Origin: Phreatobacter sp.
Lineage (GTDB): Bacteria; Pseudomonadota; Alphaproteobacteria; Rhizobiales; Phreatobacteraceae
NCBI RefSeq assembly: GCF_030691135.1
Contig: NZ_JAUYFA010000058.1
Location: 1,620 to 65,619 of the forward strand
Direction: 5' to 3'
Length of the DNA stretch: 64,000 nt
The notes beneath the pieces are model-generated. The model was not told where the DNA came from and did no database searches. It saw only the letters and a list, made by a program, of their open reading frames with translations. The first letter of the stretch is position 1. Every line of letters begins with the position of its first letter. A program made the translations under genes and the position numbers. Below, one piece after another: positions 34,743-44,700 of the stretch.

Positions 34743-36218
34743 TCAGGCGAGCGAGCGCGATGCGATCCGGACCTTGGCGGTCGCCTCGTCGATGTCGCCA
34801 GATGACGTGGCGATCATGCTGATGCTGCTGGAGATGGCCTGGACGCCTTCCGCGGCCACGCGCATGTTCGACGACATCTCGGCTGTCACCGCGCTCTGTT
34901 CCTCGACCGCCGTGGCGATGGCCGTCGATATCTCGCTGATCCGCATGATCGTCGAGGAGATGTCGCCGATGGCGCTGACCGCCCCCTCGGTGGACGCCTG
35001 TACCGATGCGATCTGAGCACCGATCTCCTCGGTTGCCCGCGAGGTCTGGGTGGCGAGGCTCTTGACCTCCGAGGCGACGACCGCGAAGCCCTTTCCGGCC
35101 TCGCCGGCGCGTGCCGCTTCGATCGTGGCGTTGAGGGCAAGAAGGTTGGTCTGGGCGGCGATGCTGTTGATGAGCTGCACCACGTCGCCGATGCGCGCCG
35201 CAGCAGTAGACAAGCCCGATACGATCTCGCCGGTCCTCGCAGCCTGCTCGACGGCACCGCTGGAGATATCCCGAGCACTCGTGACCTGTCGGCTGATCTC
35301 GCCGACGGACGCGGAGAGCTCTTCGGCACCCGCGGCGACCGCCTGGACGTTGCCTGACGTCTGGATCGAGGCTGCGGCGACCTGGGTCGCCTCGTGCTTG
35401 GCGCGGGACACGGATTCACCGATGCCGACAAGATCACCGTCGATCTGCCGCTGCACCTCGGAGCGGCGTTCCTGCTCCTTGACAATGGCCGTGATGTCGG
35501 TGGCGAACTTGACCACCTTGAAGGGCTTTCCATTCATGTCGAAGATCGGATTATAGGTCGCCTGGATCCAGATCTCCCTGCCGCCCTTGCCGATTCGCTT
35601 GTACTGCGCCGCCTGGAACTCGCCGCGCGCCAGGGAGGCCCAGAAAGCTTTGTATTCGTTGGAATGCGCTTCTGCGGGCGCGACGAACAGCGAATGGTGC
35701 CGTCCGCGGATCTCGTCGAGGCCATAGCCGACGGCGCCGAGGAAATTCTCGTTCGCCGTGATGATCTTGCCGTCGAGCTCGAACTCGATGACCGCCTGCG
35801 CCTTGTGGATGGCGGCCAGCTGTCCCTGGATGTCGGCGTGGCGGAGCTTCTGCTCGGTGACGTCGGTCGCATATTTGGCGACCATGTAGACGCGACCGCG
35901 GGAATCCATCACCGGATTGTAGGACGCCTGAATCCAGACCTCCTTGCCGCCCTTGCCGATGCGCTTGTATTCGGCGACCTGGAACTTGCCGGCGCGCAGA
36001 TTGTCCCAGAACTGACGATAGTCCTGGCTGTCGCGTTCGTCGGGAGCAACGAAAATCGAGTGGTGCTGTCCGCGAATTTCCTCGAGCCTGTAGCCGACCG
36101 TCTTCAGGAAGTTCTCGTTGGCCGTGACGATCCGGCCGTTGGGTTCAAATTCGATCACCGCCTGGGAGCGGTCGATGGCCGCAAGCTTGGCGGCAGCGTC
36201 GTTACGAAACAGCATCAT
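34743..36218 (-). CDS. soluble methyl-accepting chemotaxis protein with two PAS domains
   Basis: Has a duplicated module SQAVIEFxxxGxIxTANENFL...[19 protein letters not shown] and no TM segment. The C-terminal signalling domain reads [36 protein letters not shown]. The start is ATG 36218 or 36257. Confidence 0.88.
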   Translation of the reverse strand: MMLFRNDAAAKLAAIDRSQAVIEFEPNGRIVTANENFLKTVGYRLEEIRGQHHSIFVAPDERDSQDYRQFWDNLRAGKFQVAEYKRIGKGGKEVWIQASYNPVMDSRGRVYMVAKYATDVTEQKLRHADIQGQLAAIHKAQAVIEFELDGKIITANENFLGAVGYGLDEIRGRHHSLFVAPAEAHSNEYKAFWASLARGEFQAAQYKRIGKGGREIWIQATYNPIFDMNGKPFKVVKFATDITAIVKEQERRSEVQRQIDGDLVGIGESVSRAKHEATQVAAASIQTSGNVQAVAAGAEELSASVGEISRQVTSARDISSGAVEQAARTGEIVSGLSTAAARIGDVVQLINSIAAQTNLLALNATIEAARAGEAGKGFAVVASEVKSLATQTSRATEEIGAQIASVQASTEGAVSAIGDISSTIMRISEISTAIATAVEEQSAVTAEMSSNMRVAAEGVQAISSSISMIATSSGDIDEATAKVRIASRSLA

Positions 36219-36374
36219 CACGTTTCCCGGTTGGATTTGCTTTCGTTCTGGCGCCATCCATCACTCGCCGCGATTGAACAAAATCTGAATCGATATATCG
36301 CAAAAACCCACATTATCTGACGTAACGACAACCAAGGCGCGCTCGTCGCGGACAATCAAATTCCTGTGGAGAAA

Positions 36375-36417
36375 TGTGTAATCATTGTGCAGTATCAAAC
36401 TGTGCAGACGCTGTGCG
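36375..36417. promoter_or_regulatory. four TGTGYR direct repeats (candidate CarH/LitR operator)
   Basis: TGTGTA 36375, TGTGCA 36386, TGTGCA 36401 and TGTGCG 36412, spaced 11/15/11 nt. They lie in the AT-richer divergent region between the PAS-MCP and MerR/B12 genes. Confidence 0.4.
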
Positions 36418-36494
36418 GCGAGCGAGACCGTCATGGTAGTCATGCAGAATCGCGTATCGGTTTTTGTCTATCCGTACGGCGACCGGGGCACCCC

Positions 36495-37382
36495 ATGAAC
36501 AGGGCTATCGACATCTCCCGACTGTCGCAGCTGACGGGCGTCAATGTCTCGACCCTGCGCAGTTGGGAAACGCGCCACGCGCTGATCACGCCGTCTCGTT
36601 CGGTCGGCGGTCATCGGCTCTATTCGGCGGAGGATGTCGAGCGGCTCATGCTCGTCAAGGGCCTGATCGACAGTGGGCATCGGCTGTCGGAACTGCGTGG
36701 CCTGACCACCGACGAACTGAAGCAGTTGCAGCCCGCGATCTCCAGCGCTGGTGCCCTCGACCGGGACATGGTCATCAAGCTCGAACGGGCGGTCGACGAC
36801 TGCGACGTCGAAGCCTTCGGCATGCTCCTGCGCTTCGTCTTCGCAGCGTCGCCACCGGCCTTGGCCATCGATGTCTACGGCCATGCGATCCGCTACATCG
36901 GCCAGCGCTGGCAGGAGGGCAGGCTGGGGGTCGGCGGCGAGCACCGGCTTTCGGCCAAGGCGCGCGACGTCGTCACTGCCGCCACCAGCGCATTGGCGCC
37001 CGCAGCGCACCGGCGGCCGATCGCCTTCGCGACGCTCGGCGACGAACGTCATGAACTCGGCCTTCTCGCCGGAGCCTATCTCGCCGCATCGCTCGGCCAT
37101 CGCATGATCTATTTCGGCGCGGGGATGCCGGCGAGAGAACTCGCGGCCGATGTGGCCGGGTCCCAGGCGGCGCTTCTCGTCGTCAGTGCGGTGCACAGCG
37201 TCCCCGGCGGTTCCCTCCAGCACGATCTTGTTTGGCTCGACCGCGGCCTGCCCGAGGAGATTCCCATCTGGATCGGCGCCCATGAGGCGACCCTGGCGCA
37301 TCTCGTGGTGCCCTCAAGGATGGTCGTCATGCGCGACTATGCCGAGTTCCGTCGCCGTCTCAGCATGGCCTTCGAGTCCTGA
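36495..37382 (+). CDS. MerR-family regulator with cobalamin-binding domain (CarH/LitR-type photoreceptor candidate)
   Basis: The N-terminal MerR HTH is LSQLTGVNVSTLRSWETRHALITPSRSVGGHRLY. W139-x9-E149-H150 (RWQEGRLGVGGEHRL) and E184-x-H186-x-x-G189 (DERHELG) match the Wx9EH and ExHxxG AdoCbl-binding motifs of Thermus CarH. Confidence 0.8.
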   Translation: MNRAIDISRLSQLTGVNVSTLRSWETRHALITPSRSVGGHRLYSAEDVERLMLVKGLIDSGHRLSELRGLTTDELKQLQPAISSAGALDRDMVIKLERAVDDCDVEAFGMLLRFVFAASPPALAIDVYGHAIRYIGQRWQEGRLGVGGEHRLSAKARDVVTAATSALAPAAHRRPIAFATLGDERHELGLLAGAYLAASLGHRMIYFGAGMPARELAADVAGSQAALLVVSAVHSVPGGSLQHDLVWLDRGLPEEIPIWIGAHEATLAHLVVPSRMVVMRDYAEFRRRLSMAFES

Positions 37383-37405
37383 CGCCGGTCACACGGCGAC
37401 CGGCG
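37383..37405. terminator. GC hairpin between convergent genes (weak terminator candidate)
   Basis: CGCCGGTC-N7-GACCGGCG is an 8-bp stem immediately after the MerR/B12 gene stop. There is no clear U-tract. Confidence 0.3.
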
Positions 37406-37461
37406 TCACCTCGACCACATGGCGCGCGTCGGCATCGCCCGGCCGGGGTCGCCGTGCCGAC

Positions 37462-38283
37462 CTAGTCGGGCAGATCGTCGCCCTCGGCGCGGCGCAGGTC
37501 GAAGGAAAAGACCCGGGTGGCCGATTCTCCCCGCAGGAAGCCGATGCCGAAGGCTTTCCACCGGACGTTGCGCACCTGACCGGCCGAGAACGTCATGACG
37601 GCCTGTCCGGCGAGCGCCTCGTTCGAGAGCAGCGCCCCGCGGATGATCGCCTCGAGCTTTTCGGACAGGCTCTCGACCAGTCCGAAGACGTTCTGGCGGA
37701 TCACCATCCGCTTGTCCCGCACGTTGAGGCATTTCAGGAAGGCGGGGTTGCAGTTGAGGACCGTGCCGTCGCGGGCGAGGACGACCATGCAACTGGTGGA
37801 TTCGGCGATCAGCGTATCGAGGCTGGTTCGCAGCGCGCCCACCATCGCGGCCTGCCGTCTTTCCTTCTCGCACTTGCGGTAGAGACCCACCACGACCGGG
37901 TGTCCGGACAGCCATTTCAGGACGCAGACCGATTCGATCTCGCTGTCGGCGTGGTCGAGGTCGTCGAAGCGGAAATGATCGGGACCGGCACTGCCGGTGT
38001 CGATGGCCTGCTTCAGATGGGCGCGGAACTTGGCCGCATCCTCGTCGTGGGCCTGCTTGAGCAGGTCGGAGAGCGTCGCCTTGATGACGATGGTCCGATT
38101 GTTCGCATCGACGGTGTCCCAACGGACCCGTTCGGTCTTCAGGTCGATGGACCAGCTGTGAATACCCAGCCGCTTGAGCAGTTCGCTGTGGCGCGGCGCT
38201 TCGGCCGGTTCATCGGGCAACGGCGGCGGCGCGGCGTTCCCAGGACGTCCTAGGATGGCGGTCGGAGACAGAAGCAGGGACAT
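37462..38283 (-). CDS. stand-alone tandem PAS-like protein, no output domain
   Basis: 273 aa. Two PAS-like modules (HSWSIDLKTERVRWDTV... and MVVLARDGTVLNCNPAFLKCLN...) with no kinase, GGDEF or HTH part. Starts at ATG 38283. Confidence 0.6.
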   Translation of the reverse strand: MSLLLSPTAILGRPGNAAPPPLPDEPAEAPRHSELLKRLGIHSWSIDLKTERVRWDTVDANNRTIVIKATLSDLLKQAHDEDAAKFRAHLKQAIDTGSAGPDHFRFDDLDHADSEIESVCVLKWLSGHPVVVGLYRKCEKERRQAAMVGALRTSLDTLIAESTSCMVVLARDGTVLNCNPAFLKCLNVRDKRMVIRQNVFGLVESLSEKLEAIIRGALLSNEALAGQAVMTFSAGQVRNVRWKAFGIGFLRGESATRVFSFDLRRAEGDDLPD

Positions 38284-38404
38284 GGCAAGACCCTCCCTTC
38301 GACGCGATCCTCGCAAAAATCCATAAAACAAACGAGAAAATAGAAGGAAAATGAGGATGTAACGCGATGTCGACCAGCGGGTTAACGGCGACGCCGGCGC
38401 TGGT

Positions 38405-39286
38405 TCAGGCCCCCAGCGGTTTGACGTCCACCGCTACCGCGATGTCATGGTCGCCGGCCGCGATGACCACGCCGCCGTTCGGTGCGACATCGACGAAATC
38501 GCGCCCGATGGCGAGCACGATATGGTCCTCGCCGACGATCAGGCCGTTGGTCGGGTCGAGCCCCCACCATCCCAGTTCAGGTCCGCACCAGAGCGACACC
38601 CAGGCATGCGTCGCATCGGCACCCTCGAGGCGCGGCCTGCCGGCGGGCGGGATGGTGCGCAGGAAGCCCGAGACATAGGCCGCGGGCAGGCCGAGCCCGC
38701 GCAGCCCCGAGATCATGATGTGGGTAAAGTCCTGGCAGACCCCGCGCCGCATGGCGAAGGCCTTGGCGGCCGGCGTCGAGGTGTCCGTCGTCCCCGGCGC
38801 ATATTTGAAATCGCCCTGGATCCGTTTGGCGAGGTCGAAGGCGGCTTCGAGAACCGGGCGGCCCGGCGGAAACGACGCGCTGGCATAGGCGCGGATCATC
38901 GGGTCGCGCGGCACATAGGTCGACGGGAACAGTGCATGGACCGGTGATGAAGGCGACATGTCGGCGCTGGCGAAGGCGGTCTCGCGCACCCGCTCCCAGG
39001 GCGGGTCCATGCCGGGCAGCGGCCGGCTCGTCCCCGCCACCGTGATGTCTGCCCGCATTTCGATCGACAGGGTCCGGTGCGGGCGATCGAAATCGAGGAA
39101 GATGCGCCGGTTGCCGAAGAAGTCCCTGTCGTCACGCCGCATGGCCGGGCTCGGCGTGATGGCGATGTCGCAGCGCGAGACCTGCTGGCCCGGGCGGTCG
39201 ACCGGCATGATGCGCAGCACGTGCTGGGCGAACACCACCGGCCGCGCATAGCTGTAATCGGTGACCTGGCGGACCTGGTAGCGCAT
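38405..39286 (-). CDS. transglutaminase-like cysteine peptidase family protein (Bact_transglu_N + core)
   Basis: The Cys-His-Asp triad is intact: RRGVCQDFTH, DATHAWVSLW, WWGLDPTNG. ATGA overlap with the upstream gene at 39286. Confidence 0.88.
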   Translation of the reverse strand: MRYQVRQVTDYSYARPVVFAQHVLRIMPVDRPGQQVSRCDIAITPSPAMRRDDRDFFGNRRIFLDFDRPHRTLSIEMRADITVAGTSRPLPGMDPPWERVRETAFASADMSPSSPVHALFPSTYVPRDPMIRAYASASFPPGRPVLEAAFDLAKRIQGDFKYAPGTTDTSTPAAKAFAMRRGVCQDFTHIMISGLRGLGLPAAYVSGFLRTIPPAGRPRLEGADATHAWVSLWCGPELGWWGLDPTNGLIVGEDHIVLAIGRDFVDVAPNGGVVIAAGDHDIAVAVDVKPLGA

Positions 39287-41787
39287 CAGAACAGATCGCT
39301 GGTTGCGGGACCGACGGGGTTCGCCCCGTCGCGATGCGTGAAGTAGCGCTCGGAAACCTCGTCGGAAATCGCCATCAGCCGCTGCTCGATGGCGAGGATC
39401 TGGCGGCTGTCGAGCGTATGGGCATCCGCCGTCTGCAGGTCGACCCGCGTCCGGGCGATCAGCTTCTCCGGCACGTTCAGCCGTCCGTCAGCGGCATGGT
39501 CGGGCAGGTGGGCGAGATGGTCGGCGATCCGCTCCACCTGGAAGGCGACGGAGCGCGGATTGTTGGGGTCGAGCACGATGAGGTCGAGGACGGGCGCGCG
39601 CGCGGCGATCATCACGTAGCGGCGGCGATAGGTGATCTGGCTGTCGGCCAGCGCCAGCAGCAGATCGAGCCCCGCCGTCCCTGAGCGCGCATCGCCGAAA
39701 TTGCGTCCGAACCGGCAGATGGCCAGTGCCCTCTCGATCCGCTTGCCGATCTTCAGGAAGCGCCAGCCGATGAGCTGGTTCATGTTCTCCTGGGTGAGGC
39801 CCGAGAAGACGGCGGCCAGCCGCAGCCCGGTCTCGACCCGGTCGAGGGCGCCCGTCTCGAGGCGCTTGTCACCTTCGGCGAGGTGGACCATGTCGTTGAT
39901 GGTCTTCCAGGCGTCGGGTGAGAACCGGTCGCGGATGACGGAGGCGGCATTGTGCGCCGATCGCGACAGCGACAGGAGCCCGCCCGGTGTGCGTCCATGC
40001 AGGACCGCCGCGGCGACGGCCTGCGGCTCGGTGAGCACCGTATCCTTCGGCAGGGCCTCCCATGTGATCAGCAGGTCGACGAGGCGCTTGAGCATGTCGG
40101 GCCCGGTCGTCTCGCCGCTGCCGACCTGGTCGCCAAGCGCCCGCAGCAGGCGCAGCGTCCCCTCCGCCCGCTCCATGTAGCGGGCGAGCCAGAACAGGTT
40201 GTCCGCGGCGCGGCTGGGGAGGGACGAGGTCGAACGCCGGAGCTCGATCTTGTCGGGCGTCGGCAGCAGCGTCGTCTCCGCCACCGGCCCCTCCGCCAGG
40301 ACGCAGACATCGGCCGAGCGGCCGTCGCGCTGCATCGTCACCGCGCGGGCGTCGACCCTGTCGCCGATGCGGCAGAAGCCACCGGGCATCACCTCCCAGC
40401 CGTCACCGACACGGGCCAGGAACAGCCGCAGGATGAACGGGCGGGGCTCCAGATAACCGTCGTTCCAGACCGGCATGGTGGAGAGCTTGACGACCTCCTG
40501 GGCGACGAAGTCGGACCCGCGCAGGCGGATTTCCTCTGCCAGCCGCAAGCGGTGCTCCGGCGACAGGCTGGAGGCCAGGACCGCGCCGTCGTCGAGGAGC
40601 CCGGGAATGGTCTGCGTGAAGGCCGGGGCGATCACGAAGGAATCGAGATCGGCGATGACGGCGCCGCGCTCCAGCGGCTGGCCACACCACCATGTCGCGA
40701 CATGCGGTATGGCGAGGTCGCGGCCGAGGCGCGCGCGGGCGATCGAGGGCAGGAAGGCGAGCAGCGAACGCGCCTCCAGCACCCCTGATCCCAGGGCATT
40801 GGCCAGCGTCACCTTGCCCGATCGGATGGCGTGGACGAGGCCGGCAACGCCGAGCTGCGAGCGCGGATTGAGTTCCAGTGGATCGGCGAAATCGGCGTCG
40901 AGCCGGCGCCATACCATTTCCAGCTTCTTCAGGCCGGAGACCGTGCGGACATAAAGCGTGTCGTCGCGCACCGTGAGATCGGCGCCCTCGGCCAGGAGGA
41001 AGCCGAGATAGCGCGCCAGGAAGGCATGTTCGAAATAGGTCTCGTTGAGCGGCCCTGGCGTCAGCACCGCGACGCGCGAATTCGTCGCCGCCGCATGCGA
41101 CGAGAACTCCGAGCGCAGCGACTGGAAGAAGCCCGCGAGCCGCTCGACCGGCAGGTTTCGGTAGATTTCCGGCAGCGAACGCGCCATGGCGAGCCGGTTC
41201 TGCAGCGCATAACCGGCGCCCGAAGGGGCCTGGGCGCGGTCGCCGAGCACCCACCATCGGCCGTCCGGGCCGCGGCCGACATCGACGGCGTAGTAGAGGA
41301 GGTGCGAACCGCCGCGCGGCGGTGTGCCGACCAGCGGTCGCAGGAAGTCCGGAGATCCGGCGATGGTCGCGCCGGGCACCAGCCCGTCGCGCACGAGATC
41401 GGCCGGGCCGAACAGATCCTTCAGGACGAATTCCAGAAGCTCCGCCCTCTCACGCAGGCCTTTCGAGAGGGCTTTCCACTCGTCGGGAGCGATGACCAGT
41501 GGCAGATGGGCCAGCGGCCAGGCCCTCTCGCCGTTCTTCGGATCGTCGTAGACGCGGTAGAAGACGCCGGAATCACGCATGTAGCGATCGGCGCCGGCGA
41601 ACCGCTTCTCGAGCTCCCGCGGGCCGAGATCGGCGAGGGTGGCGAGCACCGGCTTCCAGTGTTCGCGCGGCTCGCCCTTCGCGTCGAGGATCTCGTCATA
41701 GACGCCGGGCACCGGCTGATAACGCGCCAGCATCGCCAGGATGCGTTCGGCGCGGTGATCGGTCGTGCGTTGGCTCCGGAAGGTCAT
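39286..41787 (-). CDS. circularly permuted type-2 ATP-grasp protein fused to alpha-E domain
   Basis: 833 aa. The N-terminal two thirds match CP_ATPgrasp_2 as I remember it (DSGVFYRVYDDP, WWVLGDRAQAPSGAGYALQNR, ETYFEHAFLARYLG, LANALGSGVLEA). The C-terminal part carries the alpha-E signature AADNLFWLARYMERAEG. Confidence 0.85.
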   Translation of the reverse strand: MTFRSQRTTDHRAERILAMLARYQPVPGVYDEILDAKGEPREHWKPVLATLADLGPRELEKRFAGADRYMRDSGVFYRVYDDPKNGERAWPLAHLPLVIAPDEWKALSKGLRERAELLEFVLKDLFGPADLVRDGLVPGATIAGSPDFLRPLVGTPPRGGSHLLYYAVDVGRGPDGRWWVLGDRAQAPSGAGYALQNRLAMARSLPEIYRNLPVERLAGFFQSLRSEFSSHAAATNSRVAVLTPGPLNETYFEHAFLARYLGFLLAEGADLTVRDDTLYVRTVSGLKKLEMVWRRLDADFADPLELNPRSQLGVAGLVHAIRSGKVTLANALGSGVLEARSLLAFLPSIARARLGRDLAIPHVATWWCGQPLERGAVIADLDSFVIAPAFTQTIPGLLDDGAVLASSLSPEHRLRLAEEIRLRGSDFVAQEVVKLSTMPVWNDGYLEPRPFILRLFLARVGDGWEVMPGGFCRIGDRVDARAVTMQRDGRSADVCVLAEGPVAETTLLPTPDKIELRRSTSSLPSRAADNLFWLARYMERAEGTLRLLRALGDQVGSGETTGPDMLKRLVDLLITWEALPKDTVLTEPQAVAAAVLHGRTPGGLLSLSRSAHNAASVIRDRFSPDAWKTINDMVHLAEGDKRLETGALDRVETGLRLAAVFSGLTQENMNQLIGWRFLKIGKRIERALAICRFGRNFGDARSGTAGLDLLLALADSQITYRRRYVMIAARAPVLDLIVLDPNNPRSVAFQVERIADHLAHLPDHAADGRLNVPEKLIARTRVDLQTADAHTLDSRQILAIEQRLMAISDEVSERYFTHRDGANPVGPATSDLF

Positions 41788-41793
41788 GGTGTG

Positions 41794-44700
41794 TCAATGC
41801 ACCGGCGGACGACGCAGGTCGAGCGTCGCGGGAAACTCTCCCGACCGCTCGCCGCGCGGGGGATCGACGAGGCCTGGCGTATGGCCGTGATCCTGGAACC
41901 GGGCGCGGCGTCGTGCCTCGGCCTCATAGGCATTGACCGGGAACGTGTCGTAGCTGCGCCCGCCGGGATGGGCGACGTGGTAGACGCAGCCGCCCATCGA
42001 GCGGCGGCTCCAGACATCGACGATGTCGAAGGTCAGCGGCGCATGGACCGGAATGGTCGGCTGCAGGCCGGACGGCGGCTGCCAGGCCTTGAAGCGCACG
42101 CCGCCGACGAACTCGCCGCTGCGTCCGGTGGCGGTCAACGGAACCGGGCGGCCGTTGCAGGTCACCGTGTGGCGTTCGGGCTGTAACCCGACCAGCCGCA
42201 CCTGCAGGCGCTCCACGGAGGAATCGACGAAACGCACGGTGCCGCCGATCGCTCCCTCCTCGCCGAGCACATGCCAGGGCTCCAGCGCCTGCCGGATCTC
42301 CATGCGCACGCCGGCATGGTCGACCTGACCGGCGAGCGGGAAGCGGAACTCGAACTGCGCCTCGAACCATGCGGGGTCGAAGGCGTAGCCGGCGCGGCCG
42401 AGATCGCCGAGCACGCCGAGAAAATCCTCCCAGACGAAATGCGGCAGCATGAACCGGTCGTGCAGCGCCGTGCCCCACCGCGCCAGGCCTCCGTCCTGCG
42501 GTTCCTTCCAGAACCAGGCGACGAGGGCGCGGATAAGGAGCTGCTGGGCGAGGCTCATCCGCGGGTCTGGCGGCATTTCAAAGCCACGGAACTCGACGAG
42601 GCCGAGGCGACCCGACGGGCTGTCGGGCGAGAACAGCTTGTCGATGCACAGCTCGGTGCGGTGGGTATTGCCGGTGGAATCCACCAGCAGGTTGCGGAAC
42701 AGGCGGTCGACGAGCCAGGGCGCGGGCGCTGCGCCCTCGCCGGGCTTCGGCACCATCGCCATGGCGATCTCGAGTTCGTACAGCCCGTCGTGGCGGGCCT
42801 CGTCGACGCGCGGCGCCTGGCTCGTCGGGCCGATGAAGAGGCCGGAGAACAGGTAGGAGAGCGACGGATGGCGCTGCCAGTAGAGTACGAGGCTCTTCAG
42901 CAGGTCGGGCCGGCGCAGGAAGGGTGAATCGGCCGGCCGCGCCCCGCCGACGACCACGTGGTTGCCGCCACCGGTGCCGGTGTGACGGCCGTCGACCATG
43001 AATTTTTCGGTGCCGAGACGCGCCAGACGCGCCTCCTCGTAGAGTCCCTGCGTGATCGCGACACATTCGCGCCAGGAGGCGGCGGGGTGGACGTTCACCT
43101 CGATCACGCCGGGATCGGGCGTGACCTTGATGACGTTGAGGCGCGGGTCGGTCGGCGGCGGATAGCCCTCGACATGGACGGTCAGACCCAGTTCCTTGGC
43201 GGTTGCTTCGGTCGCGGCGAGCAGTTCGAGATAGTCCTCCAGCCGCTCGGTCGGCGGCATGAAGACGCAGAGCTTGCCGTCGCGCGGCTCGACCGCCAGC
43301 GCCGTGCGCACCGAATTGTCCTCGGTCAGCACCTGCTCGACCTGGTCGGTCCGCTCGGCCTCCCTTTCGCGCTCGACCGAAACGCGCTGGGTGATCCGCC
43401 CCTCGATGTCGTGGGGATCTGGGAGTTCGGCCGGCACAGTCCAGGGATCGGCGGCGACGACATAGGGATAGGCAGCCGGCGGCACATAGGGCAGGGAGCC
43501 GAGGGGGAGGCGGTAGCCGACCGGACTGTCGCCGGGCACGAGGAAGAGCTTCTCGCGCTTCAGCTTCCACTTCTCCGTCATCCAGTTGGACGTCGCCGGT
43601 GCGGCGTTCCATCGCTGGATCGGCAGAACGAAGCCCGACGGATGGGTCAGGCCACGGGCGAAGACGCGGGCGATCCGGGCACGGGCCTCGGGATCCTCGA
43701 GCTTGGAGTCCAGCGCATCGACATTGACCGGAAGCTCGGCCTCCTTGATCACCCAGTGGGCCGGGTCCTCATAGGCCGGGAGCGCCGCCTCCCCGTCGAG
43801 ACCGAGTTTCTCGGCGATCCCGGCAGCGAGAGCCCCGGCGCCGTCGATCGTCGCAGGCGTCGCCGCCGCCTCGCGGGCGATGAGGGTCTCGTCGCGCCAG
43901 ACCGGCTTGCCGTCGCGGCGCCAGTAGAGGGCGAAGGTCCATCGCGGCAGGCTTTCGCCGGGATACCACTTGCCCTGGCCGTAATGCAGGAAGCCGCCGG
44001 GCGCGAAGGTGTCGCGCAGCCGCCGGATAAGGACGTCGGCGCGCTCCCGCTTCGTCGGACCGACGGCTGCGGTGTTCCACTCCTCGCCCTCGTAATCGTC
44101 GATGGAGATGAAGGTCGGCTCGCCGCCCATGGTCAGACGGACATCTGCAGCCACGAGGTCGGCGTCGACGCGGTCGCCGAGGGCGTCGAGGCGCTGCCAG
44201 GCCTCGTCGGAGAAGGGCGCGGTGACGCGCGGGCGCTCGTCGATGCGGTCGACGCGCATGTCGAAGACGAAAGACACCTCCGCCGGTTCGACGGCCCCGG
44301 ATATCGGGGCTGCGGAACGGTAGTGCGGCGTCGCCGCCAGGGGGATATGTCCCTCGCCGCAGAGAAGGCCGGAGGTCGGATCGAGGCCGACCCAGCCGGC
44401 GCCGGGAATGTAGATCTCGGTCCAGGCGTGGAGGTCGGTGAAGTCCTTCTCCGTGCCGGCCGGCCCGTCGAGCGCCTTGAGGTCTGGCTTCAGCTGGATG
44501 AGGTAGCCCGAGACGAAGCGCGCGGCGAGGCCGAGGCGCCGCGCCAGCTGGACGAGGAGCCAGGCCGAATCGCGGCATGAGCCCGAAGCGTTCTCGAGCG
44601 TTTCGTCCGGCGTCTGGACGCCCGGTTCCATCCTGACGATATAGCGGATGTCCTGTTGCAGCTGCTGGTTGAGGGCGACCAGGAAATCGATGGTCTGCGT

